Shown here in pieces: positions 13,694 to 28,098 of a DNA stretch of 64,000 nt. Source of the DNA: Phoronis australis (taxonomy: Eukaryota > Animalia > Phoronida). The position numbers and the translations under genes were made by a program. The stretch's first letter is position 1, and each line of letters starts with the position of its first letter. Location: NCBI GenBank assembly GCA_002633005.1, contig NMRA01000067.1, forward strand, positions 790,440 to 854,439, written 5' to 3'. The notes beneath the pieces are model-generated. The model saw only the letters and a list, made by a program, of their open reading frames with translations. It was not told where the DNA came from and did no database searches.

Positions 13694-14052
13694 GTTTTAA
13701 TCAATCACAAATTCCTCCGATTCTTTGACACAAGTTACGTAAAGGAGAAAGTGAGTGTTTATAAGGCCAATAATTACAAAAATTCTTTACACTGAAAAAA
13801 AGTTCACCTGATTGCCCATTCCAAATATATGTTCAATTCCAAGTTCACGCATACGCGACCTTGAGATTAAGCAGGATTTCAAGTTCACGCACAGCAGTTC
13901 CACAATAATAGCAACAGTTGTGAATGACCTCTTGACCTGAGAAAATAGTAGGCCTATCCTGAAAGTCAGTTAGCTTCTGCTGAGCTGGACAATAGGCCAT
14001 ACACGGTGCACGTGTCCGCTCTCGAAGACGCTAACCCTCTCTACGGTCTCTG
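13694..14052. repeat. Dispersed repeat family A, probably a P-like non-autonomous element ending ..ACGGTCTCTG; other copies at about 22045-22405 and 32617-32990
   Basis: A core of about 200 bp (aatcacaaattcctcc...aaggccaataattacaaaaattctttacactga...gagattaagcag...caagttcacgcaca) is present three times. Confidence 0.8.
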
Positions 14053-17006
14053 AGGATCGTTTTCCACTGTTCAAGTCACGGGGGTTTGTTTTCACCACGT
14101 GACGATGGAAAAATGTCGGGACGTCCCCCGTCTACCTTTGTACCCTAGACCACTGAGTATAAAGGGCTATACTTATTGTTCCATAAAGGCAAACCAACTT
14201 TATATACATTAATTGAAGTCCCACCTATCTTTCAAGTTTAGACTTTTAGCGTAACAACTCTGGCTTACCCATAGTCAAAGGTCACCGAGTCAACCTGATT
14301 TAATCATAGACTATAGATACTAATATCTATGATATAACGACTCGCTCTGAGTCTCGAACTGACTCGGTGCAGAAAAGTCCTCGGCTTCCAGTCCAACTCG
14401 TTTGGCCGAGAGCTCCAGCTGCCCCACATGGGCCTTATGATAAGGTCTGCCAATTAACAGTCAGTCGACACAATGTGGACGTCTATATAGCATAGGAAAG
14501 ATGTTCTAAAAAGCTCCCGTGATTTAACTTGTATAGTGAAGCGTCAGGCTGAGGTGACTGACGAGTGAGTTCCGTAACTGAATCATTGACAGCTGCTCTT
14601 CGCACATTCGGGTTAACATGTTGATCAAATTGATTTACGCCGTCCTTCTGCTCCAACAGTGTCTCGACCATTGGGAACCGAAAACAGAAACGACAAATGT
14701 TTCCGACTTTCATTTGAAGAACGTCCGCACGGTCCCCGTTACACGAATAGCCTGATGATTTCTACACGTACCCACTCTTTTCTAGGAAAGTCATATCGAG
14801 GTTCATAATTATACACTTCAGGTCAGAAGTGGCGTTGATAAATCGATCAGGCTGGGGGAATCTGTATTGCCAATATCCTGGGCATGGTATCATATATGTT
14901 GCGATCTAGGGTACGTTTTTTTATTTCGGAGAAATGTAATTTGCATTTTTGGAGATAGAATATGAACAGTCCCCGGCCTGCGTTTTGTGTAGTTTCTCCC
15001 TTGGAAGCGGTATTGCCTGATCGTTAAGAGCCTCACTGGGGCTGACAATATTGAACCCGATCACAAAATTTCCCGTTTAGAAATAGTTTTCCATCAGGTG
15101 TGTCAAATTCAATAATCGTGTTTGTGGGAGATTTTTTTCAGAAAGTTACAATGACTATACATTGAGATCCGGTCTCGGTCCCTAACTTGAGCTAATTGAT
15201 GCTTAAAGTGTAAAATAAAAATAAGTGTAACTTCAGTGAAACTGTGCTCTATCGGCGCGGTACTATACATATCAAAGTGTACGAAATCCAGTAGAAAACT
15301 TATCGGATTCATTTTAGCAAGCCAGTACGCAATGATCGAGGGTAAAGGCATTTGCAAGCAGCAACCGGCGTCTTTCGGCGTTCTAAGAAAGCAATCTGCA
15401 CTGTTCGTCTGTATCGCGAAGGAATCATACGTTTCCTTTCTGGGGCGGATCCAGGACTTTGCGATGGGGGGAGGGGGGGGGGGCAGGGCACAGGAAGCCT
15501 ACCATTTCTCAATGATTAAGCACAACTTCATCTAAGTGATTCTAAAAGTGACTCCAGTTATTCCCATTCATATCTAAGCAATTGCTTACTTGATAAAATA
15601 AATTTCTTTTCTATTGTTGACAATTGAAAATTGTAATTTTTAAAATGGCCACTCGTAACGCTAAAAATGCATGAAATTCATAGACAAAAACATGCATAAA
15701 TTTCTCAAATATTATCCGATTTTGATGATTCATTTTTTAAGTTGCACAACTAAATAACTCTTTGCATATGAGATTCAGTTGGCATTTGGTAAGTGACCAA
15801 ACAAAAATTATTTGAGACCGTAACACAGTCAACTCTCAAATATGGACCTTGATTGTGATTTAGCCGTGTATCAGAGGGTAGTTAACGGTAGATCTGCCAC
15901 AGTGAGAAATTTGAGTGCAGAGTAGTGCGATTTTCAATAGCATCTTTCAGATTGCATTGATCGCTTTAGGACCGTTAAAATGCGCCATCACAGAGCAAGT
16001 TTAATAGCTATCTCGCGGCTAGAAAAATCTAGCCCAATTCACGTGTTCTCATTTAAAATACATGACAGTATCTCGCGTAATCTCACGAAGTCTCAAGTTG
16101 CTTTTCATCGAGGTACTAGCGTAGTTTTTAACGTTACTAATGCCTGATGACGAACAATTGCATGCACGCACCCAGCCTAAAAATGGGGGGCTCGAATTTT
16201 TTGAGAATGTATACTTTTTACTTTTTGTTTCTCTGAGGCGGACCTTTTTGCCAAATGGGGGGGGGGGTGCTCATTCGAACACGGCAAGTGAGCGTAGACA
16301 GTCCACACCGCAAAATTTACAAAAATGGGACCACCTGGCTAGGGCCCCAAAGAGTAAATTCAGAACTGGTATAATTGTTTCGCAGTGTCTTTCTTTTTTT
16401 CGACTGCCCGGCACCTCTGAAAATGAGTGGAAATTGGGGACGCTCGCCCCTGCCCCCTCTCACTTCTCCTTTGCTGTTTTCTAGCGGTGATGCAATATGG
16501 CGTGAAAAGGCTTCTTCACGTGTCTGTGTTGCTAATGCATTGCCAGGACTATTTGAAAAGTTTGCTGAATACATCTGTATTAGCATCAGTCCGTTCGAGG
16601 AAGCACGTCCGTCTTAACCACAGTGGGCTCGGTACCGGATTTATCATTGAGCAAATTATCGGCGAGATCGCACAAAACAGGCCAGGGCCTCGCCTTGCAA
16701 TCACAAGATCCCATACAACTTCATCGCAATGTTCACAACACGTATGGCGTTGTTTTGCATTTAAATAAAAAACAGTTCGAAAGTTTTACATATTTGGAAA
16801 ACAAGAAAATTAACAATTAAGGGAAGAATTTTCATAGCTAAAACTTTTGCACTATCCAAATTGATTCACTTCATATCTGTCCTTGGATTGACAAGGGATT
16901 TGTGTAAACGAATCGACAAAATTTTTAATGATTTTATTTGGGCAGAAAAACCACCAAAAATAAAGAAAACGCGTTGCAATGGCCTCTCATGAAGATGGTG
17001 GTTTAA

Positions 17007-18837
17007 AGTCCTTGTTGCAAACGGCCCATGTGGTTCTAGTATCCGAAAATACTTACTACATAAAATCTTATTTTCGACACCCTTTCTTTACATTCTTTTC
17101 GCCTTTCTTGCCAAAAGCGATTTTTCAACCGTATTTGACCCTTTTCTCTGAGCGTATGATTACCGGTTGTCATCGGTTATTTCCGTACCCACATTTCCGG
17201 CTCATCAGTTCAGGAACTTGTCCTGAACGCCGCCATTTTTTCCTTGTAACTGAATGTGCTATGGCTTGCTCGAAAAGTCTTCATTATTTTGTTTTATTAG
17301 TAATATATCGTGATTCGTTTGCATATGTAGTGTATTTATAGTTTGTAGTTAGTGGTCGTTGATTTTTTTTGGAATGTTACGCGTACTTAGTATGTTAAAA
17401 TAGCATTGGTGTTTAGTTCCTTACGTAGGCCGGTCGAACCTAGGAACCAATATGGGTCGAACCAATTTTTTTCAGTTTTATTTTTTTCCTCGTTTTGAAA
17501 AAGTACTTTGCTATCATCGGAAAGGTAGTACATTCTACTCAGTAAAAATCGAAAAAGTATCAAAATCGGGGCAAGCACTGTAAAGTTATTGCAAGTTTTG
17601 TGGCGAAATTTGGGTCACTTTGTTTGGATCGCGTCGGCCATATTGGAGGACAGCGGGATGAGTTACGAGTTTAAAACTTTGTGTAAATTGTTTTCGCCAA
17701 CAAATTACGGTGAAATTTAGTTAGACATATCTTTACTTACTATTCTGCACGATTTAGCAGTGTTCACCAAATTTCAGCCTCGCAGTTGTTACTCATTAAG
17801 TGATAAATGTGCTCACAATTCCCGTTGGACTTCGTCTCATTTCTGGCGGCACCTACAATGTCGACTTTTGCTGAACTGAAAGGCATGTTCAATCGGCTAC
17901 TTTGTAATTTGTGAAGATTTAACGTTGATACATTTTGACAAACGTTGCTACAAAAAAGAAACTTTGTTCAATTTTCGTGTTTTTTGTGTTTGTGGCCAGC
18001 GACCAGTTAGGCCTAAGGGTAGTCTTGGCGCAAAGCTGCCTCCCGTTCAGTAACGCTAGGACCTCGCTAAAAAGCAAGACTTCGCGAGAATACGTGAGAT
18101 TTCGCAGTGTATTTTGAATAAGAACACGTGACTTTGACTAGGTTTTAGCAAGGTCCTAGCGTAGGTCCTAGCGTCTACTGAACGCACGCCTGTATAGGCC
18201 TACTAACAAGCTGCATTTTGACAATAGTCTTCACTGGTTGCTGGTGACTGAGGCTAACTAAGGTCTGCCGCGGCAGTGTTACACAGGACTAACCAGCCCG
18301 TAATTTCATGCAAGTATCTGAAACTACCCTTGAATATATGCAGCATTTATCATTTGACCATTTTACTTCGACAAAACAGCTTGCAACCGCATGCATTTAC
18401 CGTTCGCCAGTGTCTGGTCTCGATCCGCACCGGGTCCGATAGGCTGCGGTCCCGAGTCTGGCAAAATAATTTCTGTCAAAATTTATTCGCCACATTTCTT
18501 CAGCAAATTCGATAAAATTGTCCGTAGTTTGATTTTATCAAAATTAAGGCGCGCTGTCGATTTTTTTATCCCCGTTTGCTGGCTGGTAACAGTACAGGCA
18601 CTGCTCGAGTCGCACTGACGGCGTTTTCTCGGCCTGGGTTCCTGAATGAATTGTACTTCCGGGTTCGCGGCAAGTTCAAAATGTCGGTGTTTCTTCGGGT
18701 GCGAATCGTGAGTGGCGCGTTCATTTAAACTGTTTTCGAGTACGGATCGTGTATTAGTTATGGGGTAGGTACTTCTTGGATCCTTATAACATCTTCTAAC
18801 CATGTAATAAGGGTTAACAACGCGTGAGACAAGGACT
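17007..18837. mobile_element. Kolobok-like non-autonomous DNA transposon
   Basis: TTAA TSD (17003-17006, 18838-18841); termini AGTCCTTGT...ACAAGGACT; precisely interrupts the L1 fragment. Confidence 0.75.
18043..18188. mobile_element. Harbinger-type MITE of about 150 bp (family B); inverted copy at 32993-33150, degenerate copy at about 16015-16130
   Basis: TIR CGTTCAGTAACGCTAGGACCT / AGGTCCTAGCGTCTACTGAACG; shared core gacttcgcgag..acgtgagat..cacgtgac. Confidence 0.75.
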
Positions 18838-21687
18838 TTAAAAGTCCCTGATATGACCCTTATAAAGGAAGGCCTTTTAGTCAACTTCACTCTTGCTGAA
18901 TGCGGAAGTTGGAAGTTTTATCCGCAACATGTCCTCAAGAGTTATGGTGAATTGTTGAATTCCCCCTTGAAATTTGACAAAACAACTTAATTAAAACAGT
19001 CACAAACCCGCCTTCTGTCACAAAAATTATAACTTGAACCATTATAAAATTGGTCTCAATTGCTCGTTAATCAATTTGGATTTCTGAGCCGTATGGTGTT
19101 CCGAAGTTGGCCAACTTTTGACATTTTTAAGGCCTAACCCTATAAACTGAATCCATCCCAATGCTGTGAGTTTCGATTTCGATTTTCTTTTCAAACAGAA
19201 CAGCGTTTCTTATGAATGACCTCTGTAATCAACGAGTCCACGGCTTCAGTATAATTCACAAGTCTCGGTTTCAGTATTCGTCAGTGTAAAGGAACGTACA
19301 CATGGTACTGAATAATACGAAACTGATATTTCGGGTATTTCCGAAATAATTTCCAAATGTATCGTTGAAGAGACCACTCGCCGGCAATGATTACAGAAGA
19401 CCACGTTGTGTGAACATGGTATTATTTCGCAATTCCGTAAAAGACGAAATTGTTTGGCACGTCAATTTATAATAATTCAGGTGAGCTCGCTGCGATGTAC
19501 ATGTATTTAACAAACACCTCGTAAATTATGACAATGATTGTTGGCAGGTCATTTACTCATAACACGTGGCTTCCATACCCAAATTTAGTGTACATGTATA
19601 CCCTGTGTTGTTGTTTTTTTGTTTTTCTCTCCTAATTCAAGTTACAAGAATTTAAGAAAATCGACATAATCCTTGATAGATCACATGCGTTCAGTAGAAT
19701 ATTTTTTCGTCGACCATTTGTCTTTGGGATTAGTGCACTACTGTGCGAGACGTTGGTTTTAAGAAAATTACAAGTGAAAATACGAAAGTCACAAAATGAC
19801 AGATTCAAAGCAACCAGAGCAGGATCCCGGCTTAAAGTTAATACAGGACCCTAAACACTGATCCAATATTGGCCTCTCAGAAATGGTTGGCCGGATTCAC
19901 GTGAACCTTAATTTATTACATGTGTATTCACTGTTCGCCAAAACGCTGTAAAAATTGTTTTTAAAATGCTCCACTTTTCTATGAGGAGCTACCAAGTAAT
20001 CAGACTTTGATGATTTTTATGAAAAAATCAAAAGTTGCATAAAATGAACTACAAAACGATAATTTAGAAAACATGGATCTCATATTATACATTTATAGTC
20101 AACGAGACGTGTTACTGGTAACGTTGTTTCCCTATTATTGTCGGTATCTTTCTTTTTCATTTGCTAAATTTTACTAAAAAGACATGGCCACCTGACCCAA
20201 TTGGTTGCAGATTGGTAATAAATCAAAAACTAAAACTTACGCAACCTTCCTATATTTACTTTTAATGAATTAACATCTATAGTTTCGTAGATATTTTACT
20301 AAGTATACAGACTTGTCTATTAGATCTCACATAACCTTAACGTCTTCCGTGAACGGATTTTTATTGGCTTTAGATGTATTAGACTATCCAGATAGTGTCG
20401 GCAACAGTTTAGCAATACACAGAAAACTTGATTTAATCATTCTGCTGACACGTTATATCATCAGTGGAGTGCCGTGTCGCTCCATATTGCGTCACCACGC
20501 ACTGAGAACGAAGAAAGAAAAACTGAAAGTAGTTGTCTTTACATCAGATACCCTAAGGATGCACGCGGTGACTGATTACTCCACCTTATCGAGGTAGGAT
20601 AACTTGTTCTAGGGTAACTCGGGTCACTTCTAATCGCCGTGTGACCACAAAACTGCCTTAAAAAATTGTCACTGTCTCAGGCACTCAATTTTCCAAGTTC
20701 CCTGAGCGTTTGGAACAATTTTGATCGACAAAACTTAAAAGGATACCAAACCCTGTTTTATTAAAACACCATCTTCAGAAAAAAAACATTGGCCACCTTG
20801 CTAGGTCCAACAACAAGTAATGATACACAGACAGTCAGTTACAGGGGAGTAACAGTAGATCGTTTGCTGTTTCTGCTTGGTTCATTATATCAAAGTCATT
20901 GAAAGAGCATTCCTCATAACAATGATTGGAGCTCAGTCTGCAGAAGAATATTAATATGTGAACTTCTTTCAAAATTTACGTTCCCTGGTCCGGGTTTTCA
21001 AATGGCGAACAGTTTCGCCTATATAACTGGAGCCACATCGAACACAGATAAATTTGTACACAACCCTGGACCGTAGACCCATAGGAGTTTTGTCCATAGG
21101 TTTAAATATACTTGACCTTTTTCTTCAGAACTACGCCGACAATTTGATTTTAATATACATTTATTTTAAATGAAGAAAGCCAATACAGTTTGACATATGA
21201 CTTGATATCAATGTAATTGCTTCAACGGGACATCCGTCGTTACTCCATATCGCCGAATTTTGCGATTTCGGTTTGACTTACTGGTAAAAGAGCGATGAAT
21301 GGGCTTTAAGGTCGTGTAAACTTCATTTACCGCAGCATGTGCTTTTTCCCCCCTTCATCAAGTCCTGATGAAGAACCGGTCTCGGAGAATTGTACACTTA
21401 AAAATATACCATGCCGAAATAAAAATCCACGCCCAATCATCTCGTTATTTAAAACTGCATGTATACGCTCTCATAATTGTCCTAAAATTTCCCCGGTTTG
21501 ACGTGACCGGTCTTCAGACTGATGCTGCACTATTGCGGATTTTTACACCGATACTCGTCTTTTGCCTCTGCTCCCTGTCATCGTTTTTACAAACTTTTGT
21601 GGAACGGTTAGAACATGGCCTCTGAGGAAATATGCTGGGCCAGTGCAGATTCATGAGCGCTTTTTTGGCAAAATTTAATATGCTTTT

Positions 21688-21812
21688 CAGTGGCGGATTT
21701 AGAGGGGGGGGGGCCGAGGGGGCCATGCCCCCCCCCCTAAAATTCCCCCAGATTCCATTTGGCAGTTCGGGGGTGTGAATGTCTGACCTCCAAAATCATG
21801 GCTAACACTCTG
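21688..21812. mobile_element. hAT-type G-rich MITE, truncated
   Basis: CAGTGGCGGATTTAG start; inverted match to 12531-12645. Confidence 0.65.
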
Positions 21813-22405
21813 AACTAAACACCAATTTAATACGTTAACTTGCTGAAAAGTTCGAATTTTCGATGTTAGGCCTTTACGGAAACATCTTCAATTGCTCAGA
21901 AAAATCTGTAAATCTGGTGTCCAAACTACTCAAATGCAATTTCGACAACACACTGTGTGATATCCATTATCATCAATATGAACTACTTTAAAACTGGAAT
22001 GCCCCTTGCATACTCATTTTTAAAGGAATGCATATCAAAAGTGAAACACGAGAAGCTTTACTTGCCTCTTTTGTAGCCAGTGGAAAAATAGCGAACACTG
22101 CATTTCCTTACCCTGTAAATGGATACACACAATCGCCGGTAGGTGTCAGTCATCCCGATCAATGAGCTATATAAATTTATCTCATTGGTTTTAACCAATC
22201 ACAAATTCCTCCGATTCTTTAACACAAGTTACGCTAAAGGTGAGAATGAGTGACCATAAGGCCAATAATTACAAAAATTCTTTACACTGAACAAAAATTT
22301 CACCTGATTGCCTAAATATATGTTCAATTCCGAGCTCACGCATACGCGATCTTGAGATTAAGCAGAATTCCAAGTTCACGCACAACAGATCAAAGACGCT
22401 AACGG

Positions 22406-24461
22406 CAAGGAGTGTACGAGTATAGGAGAGTTCACTCCGCCATTTTACCATTCGCCGCAATGGTTACCGGTCGAAACACTAGCGCTCCAAGCGGTGAATA
22501 ATCAATACTTACTTAGGAGCGCAGTCCGAACAATGTAAACACTGATGAATTCATACTTTAATGACGTTCAACGTGCAATAAAATTACTGTGTGATTGAAA
22601 ATGGTTAGAATACGTAAACTAACATCCACTTATAATCGAATGAGAATGAAAATGTGTATTTTAATCAATATTAAAGTGTATTTGTTTTTATTCTTTTGAA
22701 GCTCCCTTCAAAATCTATCANNNNNNNNNNNNNNNNNNNNNNNNNNNNNNNNNNNNNNNNNNNNNNNNNNNNNNNNNNNNNNNNNNNNNNNNNNNNNNNN
22801 NNNNNNNNNNNNNNNNNNNNNNNNNNNNNNNNNNNNNNNNNNNNNNNNNNNNNNNNNNNNNNNNNNNNNNNNNNNNNNNNNNNNNNNNNNNNNNNNNNNN
22901 NNNNNNNNNNNNNNNNNNNNNNNNNNNNNNNNNNNNNNNNNNNNNNNNNNNNNNNNNNNNNNNNNNNNNNNNNNNNNNNNNNNNNNNNNNNNNNNNNNNN
23001 NNNNNNNNNNNNNNNNNNNNNNNNNNNNNNNNNNNNNNNNNNNNNNNNNNNNNNNNNNNNNNNNNNNNNNNNNNNNNNNNNNNNNNNNNNNNNNNNNNNN
23101 NNNNNNNNNNNNNNNNNNNNNNNNNNNNNNNNNNNNNNNNNNNNNNNNNNNNNNNNNNNNNNNNNNNNNNNNNNNNNNNNNNNNNNNNNNNNNNNNNNNN
23201 NNNNNNNGTGTCATTGAGAAGCAAAATGATATGGATAGCTTGGGTTTAACAAAATGTCAGCCCACCATTCAGACTCTAAAAGACCCATCAGTTTCACTTT
23301 GGCTCTCTTCAAATCACAGGCTAACCATTCATAAACTGTTTCAATCTGATCAACCTTAGTAAAATACGAAAACCAGATTTTGACTAATTGTCCTTTCTAC
23401 ACGTGATGTTCCAGTACTTGCTTTGTGAGACGATAATCAGAAATGCAAAAAGCCTATTCCACAGCTGTAACATAATTTCCGTAGAACTTTTTGACGTCTT
23501 CATTTTTGGTGGACTGGGGACATCAAATACTGCTCGGGCACTGCATTCAATACCAGCTTGTTCTTCATTCATCAACATGGACTCCTCGAAGTGATGAGAG
23601 CATAAGTTGCAGTTCTTGGACAAGTAGGATGCACTCTATTCATAAGGTCGGCTCCCAGTGCTTGCACCTGAACAGAAACCAATGAGAGACTCAGGAACAA
23701 ACCTCATACTCACCAGGTTCACAGAGACTGGTAGCCTACACTAAACTACACTACAGAAGTCCTGTCGTGCTGTGATTGTGATAGAGACAAAAGCGTGTTG
23801 GTGTCAACTAAAAAAACTAGGACTCAAATGTCGATTCACGGATATTTTAAGGGCTGCACAACTTTTCACCGAGATCCACAGATTCTCTGACTTGACTAAT
23901 GAAAGACTTAAAAGGCCCTGTGGCCTGTGGCTGTGATTGTACCATGACCGTGTCACCACGATCATTCATATTCACCCATGGCCATGGGAATGTTTTCCTA
24001 AAATTATCCCTGCGATCGTTGGAGTGACATTTTGATTTGGAATACATGGACTGCAAGTATCCAAAAAGCTGACGATCACATCGTACGTTAATCATAGTCC
24101 TCTATCCGCCGGCTGCCCAGTAAGTCTAGCCTACACTGCAGACAACAGACAGTGCCGGGCACCGGGACTGCGATCGACTTGTCTAACAACCGTGAACAGA
24201 ACACACAAAATGAAAGACAATGTATCATATTATTGAATAACAGATAATCCTTACCTTTCTGGATCCTTAGGAAACCTACAAAATGACATGTCTGGGGTTT
24301 TCGTGGATGAATTCATGCAATTTATCGCGCTGCAAAATGCGTCCGTCCCCATTGTTTTGGCGCTTCCTGGTTGACCGTAGCTTGTTCACCACTTGGCGGC
24401 GCTAGTAGTAGCGGTAACAGCGAACTCACAAGTGAACTCTCCTATACTACTACACTCCTTG
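22406..24461 (-). mobile_element. P-element-superfamily DNA transposon (non-autonomous) with a spliced THAP-domain remnant
   Basis: 30-bp TIRs CAAGGAGTGTA..AGTATAGGAGAGTTCAC; 7-bp TSD CTAACGG (22399-22405, 24462-24468); minus-strand THAP remnant inside. Confidence 0.88.
23490..24352 (-). pseudogene. THAP zinc-finger remnant (two exons) of the P-like element
   Basis: Exon 1 MGTDAFCSAINCMNSSTKTPDMSFCRFPKDPER|gtaagg (about 24352-24255). Exon 2 from about 23667: CKHW..., LCSHHFEESM, NKLVLNAVP, VFDVPSPP, with frameshifts. C2CH signature present. Confidence 0.85.
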
Positions 24462-27400
24462 CTAACGGTCTCTGTCACGATGGGAATTTCCCATATCTCG
24501 CTGCCTGACTCACGTCTTAGTCTATCACGGATGTGGTAGTTTATTGGCCGATCAGGAAACGACTGCAAAGAATAGGTGAATTTGTTTAAAGTGCCTTTTC
24601 ACTCAGTCTCAGGAAATTGTGAAGGTGGATACGCACAACAACTTTTCTAAATTGTAGCAACATGTTTCGGCGGCAAAACATCCACCATTGTCAAGCTTGG
24701 ATGGATGAATGCCTGGATGGCTACAAGTATACAATAGGCCTACATCTTGGCATCCATTCTCTAAATAATTTTTTTTTGATACCGCGGAAACATGCCGCGG
24801 GGTCTTAGAAAAGTTGTTTTCTTTTTTCAAACTTTACTTGTGTTTGTCAGAACGAGATCTTAATAACTAGGTCTACCATGAAATCCCAGGCAACAGACAT
24901 AGGTAGACATTCCCGATAACAGTACCTTGATTTTGTGGGCTGTCAACTGATGAATGCTTGAGAACATGTTGCTTCATGTTCCAATTCCCTTGCTTGCATC
25001 CCCATGTAGACGGATATACCATTTCATATATCCCTTGTACATGCGAACTACAGCCTATATGGTTTAAAGTAGCATATTTTATTGCATTTGAGGCTGGCCC
25101 AAAGTACAATAACAAACATGTATACAACATTACAAGTACAGTTAAATACAAAACATTGAGTTAAGGAACTTTTCTCTTTGCAATGTAGCAAAATACGTGA
25201 ACTTTACAATGTTTGCATCAATAGTTTTCATATATAATCATGTTGAAATAATTATTGGGACCATATGCAGAGAATTTCTCGCTAACACTGGTCACCCTCA
25301 CATTCGACCTCAGCCCCAGACAACTTTTGTGTTGCCTATTCAGCACGCCCTTTGTATTGATGTAGATGTGACCTAATGAACTGGAAAGATAATAGCTAGC
25401 ACTACTGTCTCAACAATGGTTGTTGTTATTACAGCCAAATTTGTTATCTCTGGCATTTGCACAGAGTTGGGCTGCAACTGTGGAGTATTGCTGCCTGATG
25501 TCTGCATGAGCATTACACACCAACAAAAAGTGCAGCATCTTTAAGGTAGTTCACATTACAGAAAACACAAATTCTATTATAGTAATCTGGGCTGTGTGTG
25601 TGTGTTTTTATTAAAGATACTATTGTAAACTCCGTTTACCTTTCCAACAAACTCCTCTATAGTGACTTCAGAGTTACTACTAGTTTTCATAGTTAAACAC
25701 TGGATAGCATAGTTGAGTCAATGTGAATGTGTTATATTTCGCGACTTCTAGTCGGTGCCATGAATTTTATGATGACAATTGTCTTGCATCAGAATCTCAC
25801 CTGCTGCCTGCTGGTTTGGTAATGAAGCAGAATACTGGCAACATTGTTCAAAAGTTGTAGATTTTGAAAGTCACATTTGTTGTCCGATTTCCAAAATTCA
25901 AAAACCTAACCAGGTGCACTTTTCACAAACTATTTGAATGTGCTATTTAATAGTTTTTGAAACGAAAATTTAAAAAATACTATTATCGCCTCCAGTGTGT
26001 TTATGAGGGGGTCTGATTATGTAGGGAATGACAACATAAGCACCCTGTGGCATCCAGAGGCATTGTAATTGCCCAAGATTATGTGGTGGCGTTTTTATTG
26101 CCAATAAGAATACATGAGCTCACTTGAATCCATTCTACTCACTGATTGTGAAATAATGTGGCTAAAGCTTAGCGTTTGCGGTTCCCGCGACATGTACATT
26201 GCTGCATACTACCGTCCCCCAGATGACACTGGTGAATCTTTCGAACACCTCAGCTCTTCCATTAATAGAATTACAAATAAAAATGTCTGTATTTACATTG
26301 GTTGTGATTTTAACTGCCCTCACATTGACTGGAACACCTACTCAACCCTTCCAAACACGTCAAATATAAATCTCTGTGACAAACTTCTAGATGTCATTTA
26401 AGATGACTTCTCTGAACAAAATGTAACAAATCCTACCCGTGGAAACAATTAACATTCTAGACCTCCTTCTAACAAACAATCCCTGTAGCATAGTTAAAAC
26501 TGAGGTCATTCCTAGCCTTAGTGACCACGATATTGTCTTGATAGAAATCAAAGTAAATCCTGGTGCACATAAAACCCAGAAAAATCTATTCAATAAAGGA
26601 AATATGATGAACTTAAAATATACCGGTACTTGACTACTTTTAAGGATCATAGTTCCTCCTCCGTAAACGACATGTGCACCGACTTTACAACACATGTTCG
26701 TGATGCCACTGAACGTTTCATCCCCCACAAAAAACTACAAGACTAAAAAACCAAATTCCTTGGGTAAATCCTAAAATCAAAAAACTTAGAAAACGAGATA
26801 AGCTCTTTCGCTGCTCAAAACACACTGGAAATGAAACAGACAAAAAACTTCTTGAATCTCAGAAAACTAGTCCAACATTAAACTGGCAAAGCTAATACTG
26901 GAACTACATCAACAATATAATTACACCTTCCCAAAGCCAAAAATATTTTACTCATTTATTAAAAGTCTCAACAAAGAATCACCCAATATTGCTCCTTTAA
27001 AAAATATGGCATCCTACACAACAACCCAAAAACAAAATCAGAAGTATTGAACACACACCTCTCCTCGGTCTTCACAAAAACAATACAGTTACACCCATCA
27101 AGGGCACAAGCCCCTTTAACTCCATGCCTGATATAACTTTCTCCACTGACGGTATCAGCAAAATGTTGCAGAACCTCAACCTTCATAAAGCTGCTGGGCC
27201 AAGTGAAATATCCCCTCACATTCTCAAGCAGCTGCAGAAGAAATTCAGGAAATTTTTACCAAATCCTACCAATTGTCAACAGTCCCGTCAGAATGGCGAA
27301 CTGCAAGTGTAGCACTCATCTTCAAACTTGAAAAGACTATAAAACCTTGGCTTCAAATTACCATCCAATATTACTCACCTGCATCTGCTCCAAACTTATG

Positions 27401-28098
27401 AAGCACATAGTTGTCAGTAACATTATACCTCATCGTGACACAAATAATAAACGTTACACCAGCGAGCATGGTTTTGTCACTTCCATAGATGAAATACTCC
27501 AAACTATGGAGGCAGGCACTCAAACCGACGCTGTGGTACTGGAATTCTTCAAAGCCTTCGATAAGGTATCTTATCCAAGACTCTTGGAGAAGATGAGATA
27601 CTATGGTGTAAGGGGTCTTGCCCACAATTGGATCCAGTCCTGTGTACCTCATAGAACACAGAGAGTTGTTGTTGATGGTGAGTTCCCAAATTCATCCCCA
27701 GTTCAGTCAGGGGTGCCCCAGGGCTCTGTCCTTGGTCCTGCACTCTTTAACAACCTTCATGACTCCATTCTTTCAAATGTCTGTCTCTTTGCCGATGATA
27801 CAGTCCTCTGTAGACCCATTGCTTCGCCCCATGATTGCCAAATACTTCAGCAAGACTGAGCCTCCCTAGCCTGGGAAAAATCCTGGAAAATGGATTTCAG
27901 CGTTTCCAAATGCAATATTCTACGTGTCCACAGAAAACGTTCTCCCATAATTTACAATTACAATCTTCACGACTCACTGATCAAATGCATAAATCACGCC
28001 CCCTACCTTGGGGTCACTCTTACCAATAATTTATCATGGAACACTCACATAGACACAATCACCTCTAAGGCGAACAGAACTCTTGGCTTCACGAAGCG

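Larger units (their letters stand above)
16790..19060 (+). mobile_element. Old L1/Tx1 ORF2 fragment split by a TTAA insertion
   Basis: IWKTRKLTIKGRIFIAKTFALSKLIHF...FNDFIWAEKPPKIKK...EDGGL|KVPDMTLIKEGLL; the frame is restored when the 17007-18837 insertion and one TTAA are removed. Confidence 0.8.

Noticed and set aside
14305-14760. CATAGA..TCTATG hairpin and a THAP-like FRFP/SVP fragment on the minus strand
   Set aside because: Suggests another P-like remnant, but no partner TIR, TSD or complete C2CH motif was found.
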